Below are positions 12,890 through 26,395 of a DNA stretch of 64,000 nt, piece by piece. The notes under the pieces are model-generated. The model had not been told where the DNA came from. It saw nothing but the letters and a program-made list of their open reading frames with translations, and made no database searches. The stretch comes from Selaginella moellendorffii (lineage: Eukaryota > Plantae > Lycopodiophyta), in NCBI RefSeq assembly GCF_000143415.4, contig NW_003314317.1:248001-312000 (forward strand), given 5' to 3'. Both the position numbers and the translations under genes were made by a program. Position 1 is the first letter of the stretch, and every line of letters begins with the position of its first letter.

Positions 12890-13500
12890 AGGTTACCACA
12901 ATAGAACCAATAAAGATCATTGAGTTAAACATCTTCATTATTTAGCATACATATCTCCACTTGGTTAAAAGAGTTTGGAGATAAGTCCATGGAATTCTAA
13001 TGAGCTTTTCATGCCTGTTATTATGGTGCAATCTATATTGCTTTTATTTCGAGTATAAATTTCTCATTTAGCTTGCATGAATAGACTAGTATGATTTACT
13101 TCACCTTTTTAAGCACACCTTCAAGTATATGGATGATCTAATCTCAACGAATAATCCTATGATCCTTCATTTTCTTGACTTGAACCAAACAAGTCAGAAG
13201 GGTAACTATTCTAGATTTATCCATTGTAGTTCCTAGCCATGTAAAACAAAATGGATAATCTGTTTATTAGTTATGATGGCTCACTCATAAATATGTTAGT
13301 TCATTTCCTAAGCCTTTCTAATCATAAAGGTTCATGGTACTTTCTTGATAACAAAGTATGATAAATGATGATCACTTCCATTCCAGATCTCAATGTCCAT
13401 CTATCTAGACTCAAACTGACTTGTGGTAAATGCCTCCAAGGTCATTCTCAAACAGGTCTTTGCTCTCTTCCACATGATAAACACTGCTAACAGTGTCATC
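12890..13500 (+). mobile_element. Decayed Penelope-like element (PLE) reverse transcriptase fragment
   Basis: One frame reads VWR*VHGILMSFSCLLLWCNLYCFYFEYKF...FKHTFKYMDDLISTNNP (YMDD at 13126-13137), followed by IYPL, HFLSL and KYDK thumb-side motifs. Multiple stops. Confidence 0.75.
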
Positions 13501-14749
13501 CTCAGATTATATTAATTGGCCTACTGACACCATTGTATATAGTGCTTGACATTCTCTTTGATCTCTGGAGAGAGCCAATTAATCATTGACCATAATTTGA
13601 TGACTCAGAAAACTCACACTATAAGAGACATTTTTAGATACTATTCCATGAATGTCTAATCCACATATGGGAATATCAAATACTATGTCTACTCAAGCAC
13701 AACCAAAGAAGTTTTAATGGTTTACCAAGTCTGTCACTTTTGCACATAAGACAAAGAACTAGGGCACCAAGCACTAACCACACCTGTCAATACATAGGCC
13801 ATTTTTGTAATTATTGCAAAACAAGATTTTGATAGAACAAAAAAAACACAGAACAATCATAGCATTACATTTAGGATAGAACATTATTTTTAGGCTCGAT
13901 CATTGCTATTTGTGCATCAAAGATTACACCATCTCACTAATAAAATAAGATGAGAAAATGAGATACACAATGTGATATTATCTTATTTGACATGGCAGAA
14001 ATAACACTCTCGCACTTTGGATTCCTAAAAAATCCTACACTTGAAGGAATCGTTATACAAGTAAACAAACCTAGACTAATAGGTATGAAGTGATGGGACA
14101 AACCTTAAACTAAGGTTTCTTACCATTCTCCACCACTAACACATTCACTAAGAGTGCATCCACAAGCAAAACAAAATTGGGCAACAGCAAGGCTATGTTT
14201 TCACTAAACCCCACAACTTTATGGCCGACCAAGCCAAGATCAATAGCCACTTCATCATGCATTACAAAAATGAGTAGAACACACAAAACATAGTTTTGGG
14301 TCTTGTCCAAAATGAGTTATCATCTAGGATCTCACAGCAAAAAAACCAATATCCACAATGGTGACGTATAAGGTTAGCATTGATTTTGCACAAGTAAAGC
14401 TCCATGGTGCCTACTATTCTGGTGTTTAACTCCCCCACATTAAAAGACAGGATATAACTACACTAGACAACAAAATTCATGAAGTGATAAAAAGCAATTA
14501 AATTGAGCACCTTTTTTAGAGTTTAGTGTTTTCCTTGGACATGTACCTAAGTATATTGGCTAGTGAGCATTAGCAATGCAAGATTTATTTTTGTTTTGAA
14601 GTCTAGCTTTTTTTAATGATTGGGCTAGTTGAGATTGCATTACTAATCCTCATCTTCCACAATACAAGTACCCCCTAAACACCCAAACTATAGGAGGTGA
14701 TAGAAAATGTTGGGGATGTCATACATTCATGATTAATATCTTGCTAAAG

Positions 14750-15037
14750 GATCACCTTATACTCCTTGAACTCTGCTAAGGCAGACTCAATTGCAGGGGC
14801 CATCTTTTCGGCAACTAGTTGTGATACGGTGATGTGAGCAAAAGCACATAGATGAGGTGCTAGGGTCTCTGGATGAGCTCTTTAGTGAAGGAGATCACCT
14901 TATACTCCTTGAACTCTGCTAAGGTAGACTTAATTGCAGGGGCCATCTTTTCGGCAACTAGTTGTGATACGGTGATGTGAGCAAAAGCACATAGATGAGG
15001 TGCTAGGGTCTCTGGATGAGCTCTTTAGTGAAGGAGA
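14750..15037. repeat. Tandem duplication, 143-bp unit, two copies
   Basis: GATCACCTTATACTCC...TTTAGTGAAGGAGA repeated at 14750 and 14893, nearly identical. Confidence 0.95.
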
Positions 15038-16807
15038 CACTGAGCTTAGGGAACATCTTTGACTCAAGCTCTGCAACATGTGTGTAGGCATTATGGCATC
15101 ATTGGTGGCAGCTCTTAGCAACTTTCCTCTAGAGTTTGGGCTTGAGGCCTTATACAAAGGCTGACACTCTAATGGACTCCTCTTTTATCACTTTGTCAAG
15201 GCAAATCTTCCAAAATGCCTTGAATCATGTTGTATAGTCAAAGATGGACTCATTCGCACTTTGCCGAAATTAGAACAAGTCTTGGACAACCTGTTGTGGG
15301 GGAACCTCTTGAGAGAACGTGCTTCTGAATGTCTGGAGGAAAGTGAATGTCTCACACTTAGTTGCATTATCCATGATCCGGTTACTAGCATAGTAAAAAA
15401 AGAATGCTGCAAGGTGATCCTCCACTAAAATCCCTATCCCTAGCTCAAAAGAGGGGAGCTTGAGATTGTGCTGCAACACATGCACCATTAGCATGGGTGG
15501 CAATGGTGGTGGAGGTTGCTACACCATCCTTTGTTGATTTGCAATTGATTTTTCCTCATGTTGCAATTCCATCACTTCCAAAGATGCTAAGAGATGCTCT
15601 TAGAGATTTTGAGTACCAATTAATCCAAGGCAGGGATGCACTACATGAATCTGTTAACTCGATATCTACAACAGATGGTGAATCCTTGCTCTCTGACAAG
15701 GCCGTGTGATAATCTAGTTTTTGTTGAAGCCTAGAGAACTTTTCACAAATATGGTGAGCCAAAAAAGAACTAAGAACTAGCCTTGTGCATATAGGCATGA
15801 AATATGCAAAGTGCAATAAATTCTCAGTTATGGGATAAGTCTAGAAGTAACCCTAAGCTGAAATAAACTTCTTGTGAGGGTGAAATATTTGCCAAATGCT
15901 TTAGGACACATAAAAAATTGCCTAGAAATGCCTTAACACTTGCTCTATACTTAAGAAGTTGTGGAAATGACCTTCTATTGACCAAATGCTGCTCAAACAA
16001 AGAAAAAATGAACAAATTGCAAGGGTACTCACTCATTAATACTTTTCTGAGCTCTAAAATAAGTTTATAAGAAAATACTTGTGGCAAAATCAATGAAAAA
16101 ATAAAATCCTTCCTCACAACCCAAACAAGAAAAATACTTTAGCAGAAAATAAGCTTAAAATATGAGACTAGATGCAAATAAAGCCTAAAACTATGAAAAC
16201 ATTTTTCCTAAAAGTAACTTTTATAAAAAAACTCGAAGAAATTCACTCCATTCTCTCAATTATGGCAAGTACTTACTTCAAGAGAAAAATACAGCAAATC
16301 TCATAAAATCACACTTTTGGGCTTGGGAGAAAGCTCTCCACATCCTTTATAGCTCCAATATTGGAAATTTCCTGCCAGGAAACAGTGAAAAGCTCAAAAA
16401 CCTTTCCTTGCGTTTAGAATAAATAAGCATGAGAGAAAAATTGCTCCAAATCACTCCAAATTGACTCAAATTTTGCATTCAAACCCTCCAAAGAAATTTC
16501 ATGAGTAGACCTATTAGAAGAGCCCAAAAACGATTGAAATGGTAGTATATCCAGCTTGTGCCAAACTTCTAAAGTTGTTGTTGTGTGTGCTGTGAAGAAA
16601 TAAAAGCTACATATATTGATTCTTACATAAAATTTAGGAATTCTTAATGCTCAACCAACAAGATCTACAATCCCATGATTGCCATTTCTTGAATTGATTC
16701 CCTAATAAGCCACAAAGAGAAGAAAAATTGATTTATTTTGTGCAAAAGGAAAGGAAACTCAAAGAAATTTAAGCATAGTGCCTAGAATTTTTCAGTCAAG
16801 CACATCC

Positions 16808-18347
16808 TATAAGTGATTAATTCTTCCATTTTACTTTAGTCACTTAACCACACCTTCGACCACTTGAAAGAGTCTCATTCACAACTTCCATAAGTCCAAT
16901 TTAGGACTTGGGGCTTACTAGCCGCAAGAATGGCATCCAGGCCACTCAACCTTTGCACTTGGTTTAAATGCTCCACATGTCCAATCCCATAACTGACACC
17001 CCAAGGTACCACCGACATATCAGCTTGTTAGCTAAGGCCATGCCTATTCTCCTTGGTCCTACCAGTGGTCCATCACCACATGCATCATAGTCCCGTCTCT
17101 CAAAGACTAATCCATTTGTCCCTATGATGATCATCTTAAATTCATTCCTTAGTATCCTTAGAATGCCTACAGACATGGGGAATAGCCTTCCTCAATATCC
17201 TTTTTACAGTCCCCACCAAGTCCTTTTTTTATCCATGGCCGTGTTTGCCAACACTGCCACTAGGACAAGGCCCACAAGCCTGACCACTAACTCCCATTGT
17301 CCTCTAGGATTTCTTCACCATATGACCGTATCCTTGGTCACTACACTAGAAGACCACTTCTTTTCCTTTCCACAATTTAGGACTTTGGGACAACATTTCA
17401 AAACATTATGGCCCTACACAAGCCTCATTGGTACTTTTCCCACCTTTTGCTTTTGGGTGCTTTAGCCATGGGCTTAGAGTAAGGTTCTATTAAGCCATAC
17501 TAAGTATCCAAGTAGGTAGTGCCACCCACACTTGGACTAGGAGCATTGACTATTCAATCTCCCGAGGGAACTAGAGCCAGCTCTTGAACACTTCACCAAA
17601 CTACCCCACTTGTCAGTCCATATTCACTTTAGCATTGGACTTCCTAGTGCCTATTTCATCACCCAACACTTGGGTACAACCTTCTTTGGCCAAAATAGCC
17701 TTTCCTGGCCAAACTAGCTTCACTAGGATCCAACCTCCACATTCACCCTACTATACTTTTGGAACTCCCTACAACCCCCGCCCCCCCCCCATCTAATAGC
17801 TTGTATTAGTATTCGGACTCGGACTCGGTCTCGGTCTCAATTTCGGACTCGGACTTAGTCTTGGTCTCGGTTTCAATTCCATTTTGGACTCCATCTCGAG
17901 TCCATCTTGGACTCCATTTTGAATTCCATCTCGAGTCCATCTTAGACTCTATTTCGGATTCCATCTCGGACTCCATCTCAAGTCCATTTCGGACTCCATC
18001 TCGGATCCATCTCAGACTCCATCTCAAGTCCATCTCAGACTCCATCTTGGTCCATCTCGGACTATTTGGACTCTATCTCGGACACCATCTTAGACTCCAT
18101 CTGCTTCATCTTGGACTCTTCCATGTGTCATGTGTTGGTCCTTTTATGCCCCTTTTTTAGAGACTCATTTATTGCTCGCTTCATGCTCGTTCCTCAAGCA
18201 CTTCATTGGGAGTTCCACTCCCGCTCTCGATTTTTCAAGTTGGAGCTTTTAGTCCATATGTGTTACACTCATTTGGCTTCTACCTCAACCACTACCACAT
18301 GGCACTCTTTCGGCTCTGCTTTGGGCCTAGGGATTTTATGTCTCACA
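16808..18347 (-). mobile_element. Solo LTR, family B (decayed)
   Basis: Reverse-complement homolog of 41969-43587. TSD CATCC at 16803-16807 and 18348-18352. Confidence 0.9.
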
Positions 18348-19046
18348 CATCCCTCCTTGCTTTTAAGATCTCTCTATCACTAATGCCATCACTAAAACTT
18401 AGATTTCTCAAAAATTTGCTCCAAACCCTAAAAAAAAACCAAAGAACCAAGAGGAGGATTGGCTAGAAAGCAATTTTCCCTAGTGGTATCGCTAAATGTT
18501 AAGAGGGGAGCCTCTCAAGTGGCAAGAACATTCTCTCATACCTTGAAATTCTACTCAAAACATCTCTCTTGTGTGAACTCCTTGCCCTAGAAAATGGGGA
18601 AGAAGGGGAATATACCCCTACACCTTAGCATCTCCTCAAACCCCTAAAATATTCTGACAATAGAATATTTTAGGGAATTTACTCAACTCTAAATTATCTC
18701 TTAACAAGTGAGATAGGAGGCAGTCCAAGACAAAATGGATCACTGGTAAAAGATTTCAAGAAAACCAAAAAGAAACAAAGAAAAGCAAAAAAAATGAAGA
18801 AATCTTGAAAACCATAAAAAATTTTGACAAAAAGAAAGCTATCCAATTCGATTAAAGATGAGGAAGATCTACTCCATAACTCTTCTCCAAACTTAAAGCA
18901 ATTACAACCAATTCAAAACAAAGACTCAAGGTTTAGATAGTTAGGAAAACTTCGTGATACTTAACAAATATTCTAAACACTCAAGACTCAACAAACTCAA
19001 AAAAAATTTCCCCAACATTAAAAAAAGATTTCAATGACTATAAAAG

Positions 19047-20980
19047 TGTGAGACATAAAATCCCTAGGCCCCAAAGTGGAGCCGGAAAGGGCGCCACATG
19101 GTAGTGGCCGAAGCGAAAGCTAAACGAGCATAACACGTTTGGACTAAAAGCTCCGACTTGGAAGGTCAAGAGTGGGAGTAGAACTCCCAATAAAGTGCTC
19201 GAGGAGTGAGCACAAGGCAACCAATAAGCAAGGCTCCAAAAAGGGACCCAAAAAGGACCAACACATGACATGTGGAAGAGTCCGAGATGGAGTTTGAGAT
19301 GGACCTGAGATGGAGTCTGAGATGGACCCGAGATGGAGTTCGAGATGAAGTCCGAGATGGACCTAAGATGGAGTCCGAAATAGAGTCCGAGATGGACCCA
19401 AGATGGACCCGAGATGGAGTCTGAGATGGACCCGAGATGGAGTCTGAGATGGACCCGAGATGGAGTCCGAGATGGAGTCCGAGATGGACCCGAGATGGAG
19501 TCCGAGATGGAACCCGAGATGGAGTCCGAGATGGAACCGAGACCGAGACCGAGATCGAGTCCGAGTCCGAAACTAGGACCGAGACCGAGTCCGAGTTTGA
19601 GTCCGAGTCCGAATCCGAATATTAATACAGGCAGTTGGGTGAAAGCCCAAAGCAATCATCCCCCGGGGGGGGGGGGCTGCAGGGGGTTCCAAAAGTATAG
19701 TAGGGAGAGTGTAAAGGGAAGACTGCAGTGGAGTCAGTTTGGCCAGGAAAGGCTAGTTTAGCCTAGGAAGGCTGTACCCAGTGTTGGGTGATGAGCTGCC
19801 CACTGGGAAGTCCAAGACTAGAGTGAACACGGACCGATAAGCAGGGTAGCTTGGTGAAGTGTTCAAGAGCCAGCTCTAGTTCCCCCGGGAGATCGACTGG
19901 CTGATACTCCCAGTCCAAGTGTAGGTGGCACTACCTACTTGGATATCAGGCATGGCTCAATGGAACCTCACTCTAAGCCCATGGCTAGAGCACCCAAAGA
20001 CGAAAGGCAGGGAGAGTACCCACGAGGCTTGCGTAAGGCCACGGTGTTCCAAAGTGTTGTCCCAAAGACCCAGACGGTGGAAAGGAAGAGGAATAGTCCT
20101 CTGGTGTAGTGACCAAGGATACAGTCGTGGGGTGAGGAAGTCCCAGAAGACCATGGGACTTAGTGGTCGGGCCTGTGGGCCTTGATCCAGTGGCAGTGTT
20201 GGCGAACACGACCAAGGACAGAAAGGGACTTGGTGGGGACCAGAAAGGAGATATTAGGGAAGGCTATTCCCCATATCTGTGGGCATCCTAAGGATGCTAA
20301 GGAGTGGATCGGGGATGACCACTCATGAACGGATGGCCCAGTCTTGGAGAGACGGGATTGCAATGCAGGTGGTGTTGGATGAAACGTGTATATACATTCC
20401 TCAATATCCCGTAGGGACTAATACAAAAACTGGGCATGCTGCCCGAAGCTCATGCTCCCTAGTGGTGATCTCCCTCATCTAAAATGAGACTAGGCCTGCA
20501 GTAGAAGCAGCTGCAGTCGTCTCCGTCGTATCATGTCCAGATCCCCCTTCGTGCTGACCGCAAGATCGACTCCGGGGGGCGCCATCTCCAACGAACATCT
20601 TTGTGATCTCCTCTACCAAAACATGGCAGCCATGCTTTCTGCCACTCCTCGAGCCTCTCGAGCTTCCCCCTGTCCCGGAGGATAGCATGGTGAAGCCGTA
20701 TTGCAATGCAGGTGGTGTTGGACCACCAATGTGACCAAGGTGATTGGGCATAGCCTAGCATAACGGGCTGGCATGTTGGTGGTGCCTTGGGGTGTCAGTC
20801 ATGGGACCGAACATATGGAGCACTTGGACCAAGTGCAAAGGTTGAGTGGCATGGATGCCTTTTTCGGGGCTAGCAAGCCCCAAATCTTGAGTAGGACTTA
20901 TGGAGGTAATGAGACTCCTCCAAGTGGTTGGAGGTGCGGTTAAGTGACTAAAGTAGAATGGAAAAATTTAGTCGCTTACA
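19047..20980 (+). mobile_element. Solo LTR, family B, with a 320-bp foreign insert
   Basis: TGTGAGAC...GCTTACA termini. TSD AAAAG at 19042-19046 and 20981-20985. Confidence 0.93.
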
Positions 20981-21999
20981 AAAAGATTGATGAAGTAATA
21001 TAACTATCCCTTTATAGATTAAAAGTATATAAAATATAAAAATTATCTCCTCTGCAGCTTTCAAAATTATGCCAAACCCTACTAAGTGCTACCTAAAGAA
21101 ATGATGTGATTACTACATCATAAAGAAGATTGCACTAAAGAAGATTGAAGATGAAGAATAAACCAACAAATAAGTTAATAGAAAGAAAAACTAAAAAAAA
21201 TGGGAGAATGTGCAAGGAAGGTTATATTTGGTTCGACCGAATCCAAAGCCTAACTTAGATTTATTGAGGTCATATTTTTTATGAGTGACGCTTAACCAAA
21301 AAGATCAATGACACCGCTCTTGTACTTGTCTAGGATGGTGCTTGAGCCCTTCAACACTTTCATTAATTTTTTAGGAACACATAAACAAAAACATTTTATA
21401 CCAATCATGTTAGTTTTCAATATAAAATTTCCTGAGTGTTAGTTGCAACTAAGATTAGGACTGTTGGACCATAAATCTATCCACTTATTACTGAACAAAA
21501 AAATCTTGACATTCAAGAAAATGCAATTATATTACTTCGACTATTATAAGGACCAATCAAATACACACTTTCAACAATAACACTTACTCAAATTTATAAC
21601 TATGCACATCAAAGCATAGTAATATGCATTAGCGAAACTAAAAACTTTCGACTACACCAATAAGAAATCTTGATTTTAGAAGACCTATTATAAACAAACA
21701 ACCCTAACTTTATCTTCCACCACATCTGAAAGTTCCACCACACTTGGGAGCTCAACCACAACAAACAAGAATATGAATTCCATAACAACCATTGTGAGTG
21801 CATGGAATATGGAAAGGGAATACAGAAATGTGCATATCAATTAGCCCAAAAACCCTAGCTTATATACAGGAGCGAGTGGTCCGGATTGAAACCAATCCGA
21901 CGGCTACCAAAATCCCACTACGCTAATATTAGTATACGGCATCGTAGCCGTACACTTGGCCCTCACATCATCCCCTCCTCTCGGAATAATGGAAGGCCG

Positions 22000-24900
22000 T
22001 CAGGGTTCTCTTGTAGATGGGCCGGGATCTGGAGGAACGTCAGGAGGAGGCATCGGTGGATTTGTAGACGGTATTAACTGCTCCTGATCCCTTTGTATGA
22101 AGCGTTTTAACCGCTGCACATGCACAATCTCCGGAGGATCGGCCTGCTGAACGTCATGCTGAACCTCATAAACTTGTGGTCCAACTTGCCGCAACACCCG
22201 ATACGGTCCTTTCCACTGCGCAAGGAGCCCCTTAGATAAACCACGTACCGTAAGATGGGGAAAACGGACTAACACCAAATCATCCACTTTGTACTCCGCA
22301 GGTGGACGATGATGGGAATTGTAGCCTCGTTGTTGTCCCACTTGTACGCGGCCTAAGTGCTCAGTAGACTCTGCTCGGACAAGTGGAAGAATGCTTGTCA
22401 AATATTGATCCCATGACCTAGCATCAGGAGCTCGTGGCAATCGCGAAGGTAAACCCAGCTCTGTTGGTAATATTGGATCATGACCATATAGAAGTTTATA
22501 TGGTGAAGCACCAACAGAACTCTGCACCCCTGTGACATAAGCATACCGAAGAGACAGCAAATAACCATCCCAATCCGAATGTTGAAAGTTCACATACTTC
22601 GCAATCATCCCTTTGAATGTCCGAACGAGCCGTTCCACCAGACCGTCTAATTGTGGATGATAAACACTCGTAAAAGTGTGGCGTATCCCCAACCGAGATG
22701 TCAAAACATGAAATACCTTAGCCATAAATGCAGGACCATTATCCGAAAGAATCCGCTCTGGACAAGAATGCTGGAACACCACTCGATTGAGGAGGAAGTA
22801 TCCAACAGTAGTTGCAGAGGCACTAGCAAGAGCACCAACTTCCACCCAATGAGTCAAGTAGTCAGAAGCAATAATAACATACTCATTGTCAGCAGTCAAT
22901 CGCGGAAAAGGTCCCATAAGATCAAACGCCACCAACTCAAACGGACAAGAAACTGCAATTGACTCCAACCGTCCTTCAGCAGCACAAGGGGGAGTATTAC
23001 GAGCTTGGCACCAAACGCAGCTACGCACATACCGGATAATATCACGTCGCATCTCTAGCCAATAGAAAGATCTGCGCAGCTTCTCGGTGACACGACGGTG
23101 TCCCATATGCCCACCTAGAATAGGAGAATCATGGTAGGCATGGAGAAACCGCGGAATAAACACCGAAGGCACCACCAGCCGTAAATGATCATCAGGATCC
23201 GTCCCCACAAAATAAAGAAGGCCATCTTCAAGCGATATTGAGAATGTAAATGCCGAAAATGCAAGTCATCAGCAAGTGATGCAGGATTCTCAAACCCATC
23301 TCGAAGCCTTCGAATCCACGGCTCAATCTTTTGAGCCTCGCGAACCTCATCCAGAGAAGGTAGATCTTGCTCTACGCCCTGTGGACACTGAACGTCAAGG
23401 ACAGCAACCGCCGACAGCACAGAATTCTCATCTAGAAAATTCACAGATGCTGGAACAACAGGTTCGTCAGAAACATGAGAAGTGAGTGGAGAAGGAAGAG
23501 GAGCTCGAGAAAGGGCATCAGCATCAGCCATAGAACTCCCTGGGCGATGAACAACATCGAAATCATATATCTGAAGCTTCAAAGCCCATCGAGCCGTACG
23601 ACCAACCAGGTTCTTCCGCTTCAATAATGAAGTAACAGCAGCATGGTCACCTTCAAGTAACGTCCGAGAACCATGTAGATATGCATGAAGTTTCTCGAAA
23701 CCCCAGACTGCTGCTAAACACTCCTTCTCCGTTGTGGAGTAGTTCATCTCCGCTGGTTGTAATGTACGGCTTATGTATGCAATGGGATGGCGCTGACCAG
23801 GCACACTCGAGCTCTCTTGCATCAACACACCTCCAAGACCAATGTCAGAAGCATCCACGCGCAAAATAAAAGGTCGAGTGTAGTCAGGATATGCCAAAAC
23901 CGGAGGAGTCGTCAATAGCTCTTTGAGATTCACGAACGCCCGCTCACAATCGGGAGACCAGATGAAAGATGACGTTGATGACTTCAGCAACGCTCGCAAT
24001 GGTGTAGTGCGATCGGAAAGATGATCCACAAAACGACCGAGATACTGCACCTTACCCAAAAAGCGCTGCACATCATTCACACACTTCGGAGTAGGGAACT
24101 TTAGAACAGCCACAAGTTTGTCAGGATCAACTTGCAAACCCTCACGAGAAATACGGTACCCAAGATAAGTTGTGTCCTTGGACCCAAACACGCACTTCGA
24201 CCGCTTCAGCTTTAAACCAACGTCGCGTAGCCGATCCAACACTTTACAAACATCACGAACATGCTCCTCCCACGTCCCCTTCGAGTGGATCAAGACATCA
24301 TCAATGAAGTCAGTCGTCACCTCCGGCATATCGCAAAGAACCTCGTCCATCATCCGCTGAAAAGTTGCTGGAGCATTGTTCAAACCAAACGGCATCACCA
24401 AAAACTCGTACAAACCAAATGGTGTACAAAAAGCAGTCTTAGGAATATCTTCTTTAGCCATCGGTACTTGCCAATACCCAGAAGCAAGATCTAGCTTGGT
24501 GAACCAACGACTGCGCCCCAGACGATCCAAGAGATCAGCAGTGTGAGGAAGAGGGTACACGTTCGGGATTGTCACTTCATTTAACAGACGATAGTCGATG
24601 CAAAAACGAATACTCCCATCAGGCTTCGTCACAAGATGAGGTTCACATGCCCAAGGACTCCGCGACTTCCGAATAACACCCTTCTCCAACATCTCCTTGA
24701 CGTTTGCACGTAAAATCTTGATCTCCTTGGGTGACCGACGACGAACAGGAACCTTGATTGGACGAGCATCCCCGGTTGGAATGGGATGACGTGTGGCAAT
24801 CTTGGCCCCAGACGATAGGTCAAATTCAAAGAGATCAGAATACTCCTTCATGAGCTGGTCAACAGCTGCAACACAAAGATCATCGGAGGGATCGGAAAAG

Positions 24901-25487
24901 GGAAGAGCAGAACAAGATGGAAACACAAGAGGAAATAGTGGGGGAACAAAAGTAATGGAAGCAGAGGTAGAAGTAGAGGGACGAAGAGGTACGGAAGTGA
25001 GAGGAATGGATGAAACATAAGGAAGTATGAGACAAGGGGGAGAAGCCTCAAAGTCACACTTGGCATGATTGTGCTACAACCAATCCATATCAAGAATGAG
25101 GTCAAAAGCTTGACTCGGCACCACCCGCAATGACTGCAACTCAAGCTCGAGATCGCCCACACGCACAACCAGGTCCGCCTCATCTCGTGCACATGCATCT
25201 GTACGGCCGTTGCCATAAAGAATGAAAACTGGATCCGCCGCACGACGCAAGTGTAGACGACAACGTGTGGTAACAGGTCGAGCAATAGAAGATAAACTCG
25301 AACCTGTATCAACCAACACGGAGAGAAGAATAGGAGACCTCTTGTTATAAAAACGAGTTTGGAAAGTAAACACTAGATGAACCGGTGTCGAGTGAACCCC
25401 TTGATGATACTCCCGAAAGAAAGATGGAGGGGTCACTAACTTATTCGCGCAAGGTCCCTCCATTACTCGCGCGACTCCTCGTTTCCC
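22000..25487 (-). pseudogene. pol: Pol (PR-RT-RNaseH-IN) with one in-frame TAG (25074-25076) and one 1-bp frameshift (about 23230)
   Basis: LVDTGS protease, LDLASGYWQ/FIDD RT, VDASDIGLGG RNase H, HHCC plus DDE integrase and GPY motif. Confidence 0.92.
25424..25487 (-). promoter_or_regulatory. -1 programmed ribosomal frameshift signal: slippery G_GGA_AAC plus H-type pseudoknot
   Basis: GGGAAAC in gag phase, 6-nt spacer, stem 1 TCGCGCGAG/CTTGCGCGA, stem 2 ATGGAGGG/CCCTCCAT. The protease is in the -1 frame. Confidence 0.85.
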
Positions 25488-26395
25488 GAATGCACCTCGG
25501 TATCCAAACCTTCCACCGCAGCAGCACCAACGGGACGTTGCTGACGCCAAGGTCTCCACCCAGGAAATGGAGGTCGCCAATCCGGAAAGCGCCGACAACG
25601 CCGATAAGTATGACCAACTTCATCACACGCCCAGCAACGAACGTCATGGCCACGACCACGTACTCGCCCTTGTCCTTGGACTCGAGTAGCAGCAGCATCA
25701 ACCTCCATGGGAACAGGACCATCACTCATAGGAAGTGGAGCTGAAGGACGTGTAGCAAGAAGTGGAAGAGGCGACGTCTCATAACGTTGTGCCAAGCGAA
25801 GAGCATCGTCAAGAGTGGCAGGAGCAAGTGCATGCACAAGTCCGACAAGATCTTGACGAAGTGCTGGCCACAACATTTCTAGTTTGATCCGTTCCGACAT
25901 ATTTGGCTCCGCACGAAGCAAAAGACTTCGGAAACGAACGCCAAATTGCATCACCGACTCAGATGGCCCTTGGCGAAGACGATGCAATTGTTGGAAGGCA
26001 TCATCACAATCGTCGGCGTGTCCGAAGGCGCGTTTGAAGACGTCCGGAAGAACACTCCAATCGCCACGAGTAGCTGCGCTCAATCCATTGTACCACTGCA
26101 ATGCCGTCCCTTGGAGACATGTGGGGAACTCACGCAAACGTCGAGCATCATCCCAAGAATGATATGTGGCAATCACCGTGAAGTGATCGAACCAATGGTA
26201 CACATCATCCCCAGGATTCCCACGAAAGAACTCCGGCCGAACGCGAGGATTGGCACCAAAAGCAGGAGGAGTTGTACCATGTGCCGTGAACGCCGCCATC
26301 AACTGAGTTTGGTTGTTCAATTGCAAGCGCATAGCATCAAGCAATTGAACCAACTGCTGCTCTAGAGTCAAAGGAGGAGATTGCGGATCGGCCAT
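25463..26395 (-). CDS. gag: Gag with CCHC zinc knuckle
   Basis: L.G.AL.WY, LRQGPSESV, PVPMEVD and CWACDEVGHTYRRC motifs. Confidence 0.92.
   Translation of the reverse strand: MADPQSPPLTLEQQLVQLLDAMRLQLNNQTQLMAAFTAHGTTPPAFGANPRVRPEFFRGNPGDDVYHWFDHFTVIATYHSWDDARRLREFPTCLQGTALQWYNGLSAATRGDWSVLPDVFKRAFGHADDCDDAFQQLHRLRQGPSESVMQFGVRFRSLLLRAEPNMSERIKLEMLWPALRQDLVGLVHALAPATLDDALRLAQRYETSPLPLLATRPSAPLPMSDGPVPMEVDAAATRVQGQGRVRGRGHDVRCWACDEVGHTYRRCRRFPDWRPPFPGWRPWRQQRPVGAAAVEGLDTEVHSGNEESRE

Noticed and set aside
18478-18505. Degenerate tRNA-Arg-type PBS and LTR edge of another old element on the minus strand
   Set aside because: Too decayed; no partner LTR or TSD could be identified.
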